DNA of 64,000 bases from an uncultured Chloroflexia bacterium (GTDB lineage: Bacteria; Chloroflexota; Anaerolineae; Anaerolineales; E44-bin32), in the NCBI GenBank assembly GCA_963777165.1, contig CAVZPO010000022.1, positions 12,082 through 76,081 on the forward strand. Reading direction: 5' to 3'. Every line of letters starts with the position of its first letter. Within the stretch, counting starts at the first letter, position 1. The notes under the pieces are model-generated. The model saw only the letters and a list, made by a program, of their open reading frames with translations. It was not told where the DNA came from and ran no database searches. This document shows positions 55,689-64,000 of this stretch, piece by piece. A program made the translations under genes and the position numbers.

Positions 55689-56264
55689 ATGCCCGGTCTT
55701 GACCATTTCGGCCTGCTGGCTCCACTCTACGACCGGCTGATCCGACCCCCGGACCTGGGTCGACTGGTGGACCTGGCCGGGCTACCGACGCGTGGTCGGC
55801 TGCTGGACGTGGGGGGTGGCACAGGACGCATCGCCCAGGGGCTGGCCGTCCTTGCGGAGCACGTCGTGGTGGTGGATGAGTCTTGGCGGATGCTCTCGCA
55901 CGCGCGCGCCAAATCGGGCCTGCGCCTGACCGCAGGTCACGCCGAACGGCTGCCCTTCCCCCCGGGGTCATTCGCACGCGTGATCATGGTCGATGCCTAC
56001 CATCATCTGGAGGACCAGGAGCGCAGCCTGGCAGAACTGATACGCGTGTGCGCTCCTGGCGGCCGGGTCGTCGTCGAAGAGCCGGATATCGATCGCGTCG
56101 GCGTGTGGGCGATCGCGCTGTTCGAGCGGCTGACACTCATGCGCAGCCGCTTCCGCCGCGCCGAAGAGATCGCATCCGGGTTCCGGGCACTCGGCGCCGA
56201 CGTGAGCGTCCATCGCCAGGCGACGACTGCCTGGATCGTCGCCCAGGCTCCCGCCCGCGGCTAA
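55689..56264 (+). CDS. class I SAM-dependent methyltransferase
   Basis: AAGGAG lies 12 nt upstream of ATG 55689. SAM motif I is LLDVGGGTGRIA. Later blocks are VIMVDAYHHL and GGRVVVEEP. The 1036-aa ORF containing it is otherwise antisense to real genes. Confidence 0.8.
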   Translation: MPGLDHFGLLAPLYDRLIRPPDLGRLVDLAGLPTRGRLLDVGGGTGRIAQGLAVLAEHVVVVDESWRMLSHARAKSGLRLTAGHAERLPFPPGSFARVIMVDAYHHLEDQERSLAELIRVCAPGGRVVVEEPDIDRVGVWAIALFERLTLMRSRFRRAEEIASGFRALGADVSVHRQATTAWIVAQAPARG

Positions 56265-56443
56265 CCGCAGTCCGCTTTCATGTCGACGCGGACGCGCGCA
56301 GCCTCGGCGCCGCGGTCGCCCATCTGCCGGGCCGAGCGGTTGCGCCGCGCGCCTGTCGCGCCTGAGCTGCGGGGTCTCCCTCGCCAGCGGGCGATCAAGA
56401 CGGCGACTGCCGCGCCTCTCGACCAACCCTTGAGCTTGCCGCG

Positions 56444-58072
56444 CTAGTCGTAGACCGGATAGAAGCAGCCCAGGGTCTTTCCCCGCGGGTCCCTGACCGT
56501 CCAGCCGTAGCGCGGCCCTTCGCTGTCGACGTGATATCCCGACAGGATCGCCCGCCACGGCTCGAGCGCCGATCGCGCCTGGAGGACGGACAGGTGCGTG
56601 GAAGGCCAAGCCTGTGAAGCGCGTTGATCGAGGGACGCCAATTGGCATGCCAGCCGCGGCAGCAGGTCCTTCTGGATCTCCGGCGACGCCTCCCCCGCCA
56701 GTGCGGCCAGCGCCGGAACGGAATCCTCGCTCAACCCCGTGAGGTACACGATGTCGAGCTCACTGCCGGCGCGGGCGCGTTCTGTATTCCGTCGCACGAT
56801 GAAGTCGTCGACGTTCAGGACATTGAGCGTGAGGGCGAACCCGAGTACGGTGCCGACCGCCGCAGGCGCGAAGGCACGCAGGTTACCGGCGAGGAGCGTC
56901 ACCAGGAACAGCAGGAAGGAAACACCTATCCACAGGATCGCGGCGTGGGTATAGGCTCGCAAGCGGGTGAATCCGTAGGCCGCCTCGTATAGCTGCAGTC
57001 GCATAAAGGCCGAGGTCAAGATCACACCCACCAGCGCTACCATCAAGGCGCTCAGGCCGAGGAACCAGCCTTGCTGTCCTCGCGTTCCCCGGCGCGTATA
57101 TGCGCCGAGGCCAAGGATGAGCGCCAGGGTCAGGAAGGCGACCGCCACCAGTTCCCCGAACCCGCGCCGGGCATACTCCGAGTAGGTGAACCCTGAGGCG
57201 GTGATGTTCGCCTCGCCTCCGAAGAGATAGCGGATCTGGATGAAGACGAACAATGCGAACAACAGATCGACCGCCGCCAGGACGACCACCGATTCGGTGA
57301 ACCCCAGGAACGGCGCCAGAAGCGGTTTGTGTTCTCCGATCAGTTTTCGGTCCCCGGGGTCGCGCAGCGCCGCAACCAGCGCGCCGAGGAAGAAGATCGC
57401 ACAGACCAGGACGACGACCGTCCGGCGGGCGAGATCGGCCAGGCGCTCGAGGTCGAGCCACTCGAGCGCACGGCGCAGGTAGTCGGCGAAGATCAGATCG
57501 GCGGCCGTCAGCAGCGCGGCGAAGACCACCAGGATCGGCAGCGCCAGGAGCAGGCCGCGCAGGATGGCCACCAGCCGGCTGTTCGCGCCGCGGTCTCCCA
57601 GAGCTTGACGGTTGGCGGCCGAGAGCACCTGCCACGGGCGAAGGAGCGCTTCCAGCGGAACCCAGGCCATCGCGACCAAGTAGTCCACCCAGCCGAAGGC
57701 GAGCAGCCTGCCGGTCCGGAACGTGCGCACCCAGAAGGCCAGCAGCGCAAGCACCACGACGATGTTAAGGAACAGAGTCAGTGGTTCGAGGCGCACGAAA
57801 GCCAGCGCGGCGAAGCCCACGATCGGCACGACGAGCCAGAGACTACCTGCGGCCGGCCGGCGGGACTCTGCCCATGCCATCCCGACCCCCACCAGGCAGA
57901 CGAGGGCGGCCCAGATGGGAAAGGAGATCCCGACGGGTCGGGCGTAGAACAGGATCTCGACCGCCAATCCGAGCGCCAGCGCGGCGAGGCTCAGTCGAAG
58001 GGGATGACGGAAGACGTCGACCTGAGGCACCGGCTCACCGGCGCCGGGCAATGAAGAGCTCGAGTTAGTCAT
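56444..58072 (-). CDS. polytopic membrane protein (DUF4153/DUF4173-like)
   Basis: AAGGAG RBS before ATG 58072. About 12 TM segments followed by a soluble C-terminal ~110 aa. Family assignment is from memory only. Confidence 0.65.
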   Translation of the reverse strand: MTNSSSSLPGAGEPVPQVDVFRHPLRLSLAALALGLAVEILFYARPVGISFPIWAALVCLVGVGMAWAESRRPAAGSLWLVVPIVGFAALAFVRLEPLTLFLNIVVVLALLAFWVRTFRTGRLLAFGWVDYLVAMAWVPLEALLRPWQVLSAANRQALGDRGANSRLVAILRGLLLALPILVVFAALLTAADLIFADYLRRALEWLDLERLADLARRTVVVLVCAIFFLGALVAALRDPGDRKLIGEHKPLLAPFLGFTESVVVLAAVDLLFALFVFIQIRYLFGGEANITASGFTYSEYARRGFGELVAVAFLTLALILGLGAYTRRGTRGQQGWFLGLSALMVALVGVILTSAFMRLQLYEAAYGFTRLRAYTHAAILWIGVSFLLFLVTLLAGNLRAFAPAAVGTVLGFALTLNVLNVDDFIVRRNTERARAGSELDIVYLTGLSEDSVPALAALAGEASPEIQKDLLPRLACQLASLDQRASQAWPSTHLSVLQARSALEPWRAILSGYHVDSEGPRYGWTVRDPRGKTLGCFYPVYD

Positions 58073-58310
58073 CCTGTGCTCCTTGGATCGATGTGTGACT
58101 CGTCTGAGGGCAGCAGCCACAGCTGCTGGGCTTGGCGGTCGAGGATCAGGTGGACTTGCCCGCCGTCGCCACAATCCGCCCAGGCGCGCCAAGCTTGAAT
58201 GGGCGTCGGGCCCGCTGAGGTCTCCGCGTCGGAAACCCGCGACCCCTGATGTCGTTCCACGAGCCCCTCTCTCCAACACTCCGGGCGCGGGTTCCTCTGC
58301 GGGAGGCTGT

Positions 58311-59051
58311 TCATCCGGCCCTCCTGGAGTGTACTTCTACTGCCTGCCGCCCTTCTGCAATCGTCGTGTTCGAGGCTTGAGGGACAAGGGAGTGAAGCAT
58401 GAACCCGGCACAGGCGCCGACTGCGGCCACCAGAAGGAACGGGACGGGCAGAAGGACAAGCCCGATCGCTTCCGCTGCGCCGGGCGGTGCCTCGGCACCA
58501 GCCGCCGAAGCGTAGCCTGGCATCAACCGCACCATCATGCTGCCGACCAGGAGCCAGATCACCAGGCTGCCTACCCCGACCAGCATCCCTCGCGCGGCCG
58601 GGGCCCATCCATCCGGGAAACCCGGAACGACGATCACCCCACCGAGCAGGCTTCCCAGAATGAGGGCCAGTAACAGTGGAGCCAGGTACACGTAAGCCAA
58701 GGCGAACGCCCCCCACTGCCAGGCAGCCAGTCCTCCGATCAAGCGCGCCTGCGCCACCAGCACGGGCAGGGCGAATAGCGCCTGACCCACCAGCAGGCCG
58801 GCGGCAGCCGCGAACCACAGCCCAGAGAACGCCTTTGGGTTCTCCACCGCCCATCGACTCAAGCCTGAGCGCGGAGTTCTTGAGATTGGGACAACTTGTG
58901 ACTCGGCTGGATCAGGAATTGGAGCCTCCGTTGGGCAGCTCGCCTTGGCGGACTGCGAGCTGTCTGCCTGGGCGCCATGGTGGCGGGTCGCGTCTGTCAG
59001 ACGACCACGGCCGGCTTCCAGAAAACCGCGGAGACTCTCAAAGACTCTCAT
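58311..59051 (-). CDS. hypothetical membrane protein
   Basis: 246-aa ORF. The C-terminal 170 aa form about 5 TM segments (e.g. LWFAAAAGLLVGQALFALPVLV, LAPLLLALILGSLLGGVIVV). The start is uncertain and there is no clear RBS. Confidence 0.5.
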   Translation of the reverse strand: MRVFESLRGFLEAGRGRLTDATRHHGAQADSSQSAKASCPTEAPIPDPAESQVVPISRTPRSGLSRWAVENPKAFSGLWFAAAAGLLVGQALFALPVLVAQARLIGGLAAWQWGAFALAYVYLAPLLLALILGSLLGGVIVVPGFPDGWAPAARGMLVGVGSLVIWLLVGSMMVRLMPGYASAAGAEAPPGAAEAIGLVLLPVPFLLVAAVGACAGFMLHSLVPQASNTTIAEGRQAVEVHSRRAG

Positions 59052-59212
59052 CGGCCCGCGGCGGGGGGCGTCGCCACGTCAGTGAGCTGGCGGATGCGCC
59101 CACGTAGCGGAGTGAGATGGGGGGTCCTGCACTGCACAGGGCAATGCTGTCACAATGAACAGGCGGCGCCCTTCCGGGCGCCGCCTTCGCACGAGTTCCA
59201 TCCCGAGTGGGA

Positions 59213-59530
59213 TTACTTCCGCTTTCGGCTCTCTGCTGCCGACTCGTCGTCTTCCTTGGATCTCGGCTGCACCATCCCCCAGATCAGCAGCCCGGCGCCG
59301 GCGCCCAGCCCGTACGCTCCCAAAGTCGCCCCGCCGACCACCCAGTGGCCCAGAAGTACGAAGCTGGCCAACAGCCCGAGATAGACGGCCACCAGCAGCT
59401 GCCACGCCACCATCTCCTGCTTCACCATGCGGATGGTCAGCCAGCCAACGCCCAGCCCAAACACGAGCGCACCCAGGAACCTGAACACGTACCCCGCGAT
59501 GTCGAGCACATCCAGAAACGTCATGGCCAT
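59213..59530 (-). CDS. small membrane protein, hypothetical
   Basis: GAGAGGAGAC RBS before ATG 59530. 105 aa with 3 TM segments and an acidic/basic tail. Confidence 0.55.
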   Translation of the reverse strand: MAMTFLDVLDIAGYVFRFLGALVFGLGVGWLTIRMVKQEMVAWQLLVAVYLGLLASFVLLGHWVVGGATLGAYGLGAGAGLLIWGMVQPRSKEDDESAAESRKRK

Positions 59531-59644
59531 GTCTCCTCTCTCCGGCTCCCCCCAGTATACCGGCCCGACCGAGAGAGGCAATAGGAGCATAGCTGGACAG
59601 GCTCTCCCCGCCGTGTTACCATCGCGGAAGCCTGCAGAATCAGT

Positions 59645-59776
59645 ATGGCCGCCAAGCGCACTCGCTCCGCCAACAAACGACCTCGCCGCCGGATCAACTG
59701 GCAGCGTGTGCTGTTCATGTCCCTTGGCCTTCTGGTCGTCCTGGCTTTCGTCCTCAGCATGATCACGAAGGGCTGA
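59645..59776 (+). CDS. possible 43-aa tail-anchored small membrane protein
   Basis: MAAKRTRSANKRPRRRINWQRVLFMSLGLLVVLAFVLSMITKG*. Basic N-terminus plus one TM segment. Below the ORF-track cutoff, and the RBS is weak. Confidence 0.35.
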   Translation: MAAKRTRSANKRPRRRINWQRVLFMSLGLLVVLAFVLSMITKG

Positions 59777-59830
59777 GCCTGCGGGCCGGTCTTCGTCCTC
59801 CCGCCGCAGATCGATTCATAAGGAGACCCT

Positions 59831-60352
59831 ATGACCAACGAGCGTTTTGGGTTGATCCAGTTCGATGGTGTCGACCGGACAGTCATTGGCCCGGACCTTA
59901 AGCCGGGCGATTCGGCGCCCGAATTCGTTGCCGTCGGCAACGACTGGGCAGAGGTACATCCGCTGAAGGCCAGCGCCGGCAAGGTCATCGTCCTGGCCGC
60001 CGTGCTGTCCCTCGAAACCAGTGTCTGCGACCGGGAGATCCGACGCTTCAACACCGAGGCTTCCAGCCTCGGGCCCGCGGTCCAGATCTATGTCATCAGC
60101 ACCGACCTGCCTTTCACATTGAAGCGCTCGTGCGTCGCCTCCGGCATCGACCAGGTGACGACGCTGACTGACCAACTGCACTCTGACTTCGGCCCACGCT
60201 ACGGCTGCTGGGTCAAGGAGATGCGGGTCCTGCGCAGGGCGGTGTTCGTCATCGGTCGTGACGGCAAGCTGACCTATGTCGACTACATGAAGGTATTCGG
60301 GGACGAGCCGCGCTATGACGACGTCCTGGCGGCGGTCAAGAAGGCTCTCTGA
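59831..60352 (+). CDS. tpx: thiol peroxidase (atypical 2-Cys peroxiredoxin)
   Basis: AAGGAG RBS. APEFVAVGNDW, VIVLAAVLSLETSVCDRE (peroxidatic Cys), then the resolving-Cys region ISTDLPFTLKRSCVASG, and RAVFVIGRDGKLTY. Confidence 0.9.
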   Translation: MTNERFGLIQFDGVDRTVIGPDLKPGDSAPEFVAVGNDWAEVHPLKASAGKVIVLAAVLSLETSVCDREIRRFNTEASSLGPAVQIYVISTDLPFTLKRSCVASGIDQVTTLTDQLHSDFGPRYGCWVKEMRVLRRAVFVIGRDGKLTYVDYMKVFGDEPRYDDVLAAVKKAL

Positions 60353-60675
60353 TTCCCGATCCGGCATGCCCGCCTGCCCACCATCGCCGGCATCCGGCAT
60401 GGCTTGCTGCCCGAAGACCGCTGAGCAGTTGCGCGCCAGTACCCGGGTCCTCTTCGTTGAAGCCACGCGACAGTTGCGCACGCCAGTGCTGGGCGCGTCG
60501 CCGGCAACCAGCCACCCCTGTGGCACGCGGCTTGCACGGAGACTGCAAGGGGACCGTAAGGTCCAGCCCGCGGCGGGCGTGCTATCCTCTGGTCGTTGAA
60601 GGACGTTTCCGCCGCAACCTAGCGCTCTGCCTGAAGCGCAATGCAGGCAATACTTGAGGAAAGGAGGATACGCCG

Positions 60676-60822
60676 ATGTTGTTCGCCCCGAAGGAACGTG
60701 GTCAGGGTCTTGTTGAGTATGCGCTCATCCTCGTCTTGGTCGCCGTGGTCGTGATCGTCATCCTGGCGCTGCTCGGGCCCGCGATCGGGAATGTTTTCAG
60801 CAATATCGTTGGAAACATCTAG
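60676..60822 (+). CDS. flp: Flp family type IVb pilin (copy 1)
   Basis: 48 aa: MLFAPKERGQG/LVEYALILVLVAVVVIVILALLGPAIGNVFSNIVGNI. G/xxxEY prepilin motif. AAGGAGGA RBS. Confidence 0.8.
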   Translation: MLFAPKERGQGLVEYALILVLVAVVVIVILALLGPAIGNVFSNIVGNI

Positions 60823-60844
60823 TCCGTGCCGTGATCGTTGATCG

Positions 60845-60878
60845 GGAGCCCCGCCGCAAGGTGGGGCTCCTTGCTTTT
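60845..60878 (+). terminator. intrinsic terminator after flp copy 1
   Basis: GGAGCCCCGCC-GCAA-GGTGGGGCTCC followed by TTGCTTTT. Confidence 0.6.
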
Positions 60879-61145
60879 GAAGGCGGGAGCGCGGTGAAGG
60901 GGCCACGTTCTGCCCTGGTGACTGTCCAAGATGGTGCAAGCGATGGTACGAAGGTCCTCTCCGATGCAGCCGCCAGGCTTCCCGGCTTCTGCGCACTCGA
61001 CGTGCAGACCGGGTGTAAGCCAACTGAAAGGCCGGAGGCGGGGCAGATGTGTTATTCTGTTGCTGTAGGGTTTCGACTTCGCTGCAAACCTGCGCTCTGC
61101 CTGAGGCGCACATCAGGCGAAACTTAAGGAAAGGAGGATCCACCA

Positions 61146-61292
61146 ATGTTGTTCGCCCCGAAGGAACGTGGTCAGGGTCTTGTTGAGTATGCGCTCATCC
61201 TCGTCTTGGTCGCCGTGGTCGTGATCGTGATTTTGGCGCTGCTCGGGCCCGCGATCGGAAACGTCTTCAGCAATCTGGTCGCCAACATCTAG
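61146..61292 (+). CDS. flp: Flp family type IVb pilin (copy 2)
   Basis: Identical to copy 1 except for the last residues (..SNLVANI). The duplication includes about 60 nt of leader and the RBS. Confidence 0.8.
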   Translation: MLFAPKERGQGLVEYALILVLVAVVVIVILALLGPAIGNVFSNLVANI

Positions 61293-61324
61293 TCTTGTTC
61301 TGCCGGGAGATCCTTCTCCCTGAG

Positions 61325-61360
61325 AAGGAGCCCCACCTTCGGGTGGGGCTCCTTCTCGTT
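61325..61360. terminator. 13-bp stem / UUCG-loop terminator shared by flp copy 2 and the convergent SHMT-GcvT gene
   Basis: AAGGAGCCCCACC-TTCG-GGTGGGGCTCCTT followed by CTCGTT. Confidence 0.55.
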
Positions 61361-61386
61361 CCAGAGTGAACGCGCGGCCGGAGTGC

Positions 61387-64000
61387 CTAGCGCGGGAACC
61401 GGGTGAGGACCGTCGCCGCGGCCGGCACCGGCGTCCGATCGCCCGTGCGCAGTCGCTTGACCGGCTTCACCGGGTCGGCTGTCGCACCCTGATAGACGGC
61501 GACAGGCGTCCCCTCGGCGGTCGACTTGCGCTGCAGGTAGGCCTGCCCGAGCAAGTACCCGTCTCGGTCGACGGCGCACGACGTGACCGTGCCGATCACC
61601 TTGCCGCGCGGATCGACCACCGGGTCGCCATTGTGCGCCATGCGCACGCCCTTCTCGTTGAAGCGGAAGCGCACCACTTCGCCGTCGCGGGCGGTCTCCT
61701 GTTCCAGAAACGCCTGCCGGCCAATGAACCACGGCTTGTTCGTCTTGCAGTACGAGCCGAAGCCGGCGTGCCCGACACCCAGGCCCAGAGCGCCGGCCAT
61801 CTCATGTCCATAGAGCGGCAGCCCTGCTTCGGTGCGGAGGGAATCACGCGCCCCCAGGCCGATCGGTTTGAGCCCCATCGGCGCCCCCACCTTGAACAGC
61901 GCCTTCCACAATGCCACGCTCTTCTCCGGGTGGACGAACAACTCGAAGGCCACGCGCTCGCCGGTGTATCCGGTGCGGCTGACCACCAGATCCAACCCGC
62001 CGAAGGTGCCCTCCATCACGCCCGCCCAGGGGAGCTTCTTCAGCTTGCGGGCCGTTCCGGCATCGCAGCCCAGCGCCAGCAGGATGTCGCGGCTCTTCGG
62101 ACCTTGCAGGGCGATGTCGACGCGCTGTTCGTCACCCGCCTTCGGATCGCGCAGGTTGCGAAGCCGGCAGGTCGCGGCCGAAGGCCAGCGCCCACGGGCG
62201 GGCATTGTCGATGCGGACCTGCCCGTCCTTGACGGCGTTCAACCACGCCCAGTCTTTGTCGTCGTTCGAGGCGTTGACCACCACCAGGTACATCGCTTCC
62301 CGGCGACGATAGACCATCGTGTCGTCGATGACCTGCCCGTCCGGGTCGAGGAACTGCGTGTAGAGCGACTCGCCGACGGCCAGCGAGGCAACATCGTTGG
62401 TGACCACGCTGTCGAGGAACGCGCACGCCTGCGGGCCCTCCACCTGGTAGACACCCATATGGCTGACGTCGAACAGCCCGGCGGCGTTGCGCGTCGCCAG
62501 ATGTTCTTCGATGACCGACGTGTACCACACGGGCATGTCCCAGCCGGCGAACGGGACCATCCTGGCGCCCATCTCCCGGTGGGTGGCGTGCAGGGCGGTC
62601 TTCTTCGGCTCCCCCTCCGCCGGCTCGACCCACTTGAAGCGCGGCAGGGCGCGGCCTTTCGCCTCCGGCATCCCGACGAACCACGGCTTGTCGCCGCCTG
62701 CGTCGCTCGAGCCTTCGGGCAGCTTGGGGACGGTGCCGGCGAGGGTGACCACCACCGGACCGGGAATGCGCTTCAAGAAATCGGAGGCATCGAAGGCGAC
62801 GAACCCATCCGAGAGATCGCGCAGCCACGTGGCGACGCGCTGGGCGTCCTCCCCGGGAACCGTCAGCTGCCACGCCTCCAGCGTGCGGGTGACGACGGCC
62901 TTGAGGGGAGCGCCGGCGACGCTCAGCGTGCAGCGCGCCGAGACGCCCGGCTTCAGGTCCTCCGTTCGAGCGCTGATCGCCCAGCGCAGCATGTCCTCCG
63001 CCAGCGGGCCGCGCAGCTCCAGGACGGCATACTTGCCTCGGGGCGCCGGGTCGTCCGGGTAGGCGAAGTGCGGGTACCCGTGGCTGGTGGCGCGGAAGTC
63101 GATGCCTTTGGATTGCGCCAGGTCACGCACCTTGATCTGCGTAGCGTGCAGCACGTCGAAATCAACCTTGGCGCGCGGCTGCGGCCCCTTGCGCGCCGAC
63201 TGCACGTAGGGAACGCAGGCCTTGAGCAGCTCAGCGATCCAGGTCCCCAGCGACTCACTCTCGCCGGTGGTGAAGCCGCGCTGCGTGATCCACGGCGTCC
63301 CCAGGCGTACTCCGGACGGATTGGCGGCGGTCGTGTCGCCCGGGATGGTGTTGCGGTTGACGACGATGCCTGCCAGATCGAGGACCCGCGCCGCGACGTC
63401 GCCCGAGAGCGGCGTCCCCAGCGGGCCGGTGACCGACTTACAGTCGACGTTGGTCATGTGCGTGTCGGTGCCGCCGAAGGAGATGCGCATCCCGGCGCGT
63501 TCGAGGCCGCGGGTCAGCGCGGCGGCGTTGGCGACGATCTGCTTCTGCAAGGCGGCGAATTCCGGGGTGCGGGCGAGCTTGAAGGTCAGCGCCTGGGCAG
63601 CCATCGTGTTGACGTGCGGCCCGCCCTGCTCGCCGGGGAAGACGGCCCGGTCGAGCAGCTTGGAGAGCGGCTCGAGGTGGGTGACGATCGCCGCGCCGCG
63701 TGGGCCGCACAGCGACTTGTGCGTGGTGAAGGTGACGACATGGGCGATCCCGACCGGGGACGGGTAGGCGCCACCGGCCACCAGCCCGGCCACGTGGGCA
63801 ATATCGGCCAGCAGGTAGGCGCCGACCTCATCGGCGATCGCCCGAAACTTCTTCCAATCCACCGACCAGGGGTAGGACGAATAACCGGCAATGATCATCT
63901 TGGGGCGGTGCTCGCGGGCAAGCGCGGCCACAGCCTCGTAGTCGATGCGCTCGGTCGCCGGGTCGACCTTGTAGTGCACTGCCTTGTATAGCTTGCCCGA
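61387..64000 (-). pseudogene. glyA: fused serine hydroxymethyltransferase / ~150-aa linker domain / aminomethyltransferase (GcvT-like); 5' end outside window, frame broken near 62150-62190
   Basis: SHMT part: YLLADIAHVAGLVAGG, VVTFTTHKSLCGPRG (PLP-Lys), GGTDTHM, SGVRLGTPWITQRGF. With no stop, it continues into MVPFAGWDMPVWY, GLFDVSHMG and LYTQFLDPDGQVIDD (GcvT N-domain). In the other frame it reads DIALQGPKS, SRTGYTGE.AFE, ARDSLRTEAGLPLYGHE ... FPR* (stop 61387-61389). Confidence 0.85.

Noticed and set aside
53154-56264. 1036-aa plus-strand ORF, the longest in the track
   Set aside because: Except for its last 191 codons (the SAM methyltransferase), it is antisense to the APC permease and Lrp genes. 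It has an R/G/P/D/Q-rich composition typical of shadow ORFs in high-GC DNA.

Overview
High-GC bacterial chromosomal segment. Spot counts on single 60-nt lines gave about 70% GC in backbone genes and about 52-57% in two low-GC patches. I support about 58 protein-coding genes and one tRNA-Lys(UUU). I found no rRNA, CRISPR array, transposase or integrase. Repeat types and gene order suggest a Chloroflexota-like organism, but that is a low-confidence guess from memory.

Contents, left to right:
- GH13 alpha-glucosidase (5' end outside the window), two DUF1801 genes, and an M29 aminopeptidase flanked by composite palindromic intergenic repeats.
- An overlapping acyltransferase/MFS pair, ftcD, and a CapA-family lipoprotein.
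- A minus-strand TetR / ABC-2 permease / HlyD / ATPase / MerB-like / ATPase operon.
- A DUF362 + UPF0104 pair, a PHP phosphoesterase, tandem DUF559 copies, lysS and greA, and a PIG-L deacetylase.
- tRNA-Lys followed by a low-GC block of three GT-C/GT39 membrane glycosyltransferases. The block ends at a 29-bp repeat of the tRNA 3' half.
- Assorted small genes, then an ATP-grasp + GNAT pair.
- A 14.5-kb minus-strand catabolic cluster: Lrp, APC permease, saccharopine-dehydrogenase-like enzyme, four class-III aminotransferases, MmsA, two tungsten-type aldehyde:ferredoxin oxidoreductases and a MoaD-like protein.
- tpx, two tandem flp pilin genes, and a fused SHMT-GcvT gene running off the right edge.

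Most notable observations:
1. The MerB-like gene has a single in-frame TGA at the position of MerB's catalytic Cys159/160. An fdhF-type SECIS-like hairpin with a GGUC loop follows at the correct spacing, making it a candidate selenoprotein.
2. The aminotransferase/AOR cluster looks like an undescribed ferredoxin-linked polyamine or omega-amino-acid degradation pathway.
3. The tRNA-Lys-bounded low-GC island ends in a promoter-bearing tRNA-like minihelix.
4. Thirteen single-site frame disruptions fall in 12 otherwise intact genes. I read these as probably assembly indel errors rather than decay.

All similarity statements are motif recognition by eye. No database search was run.
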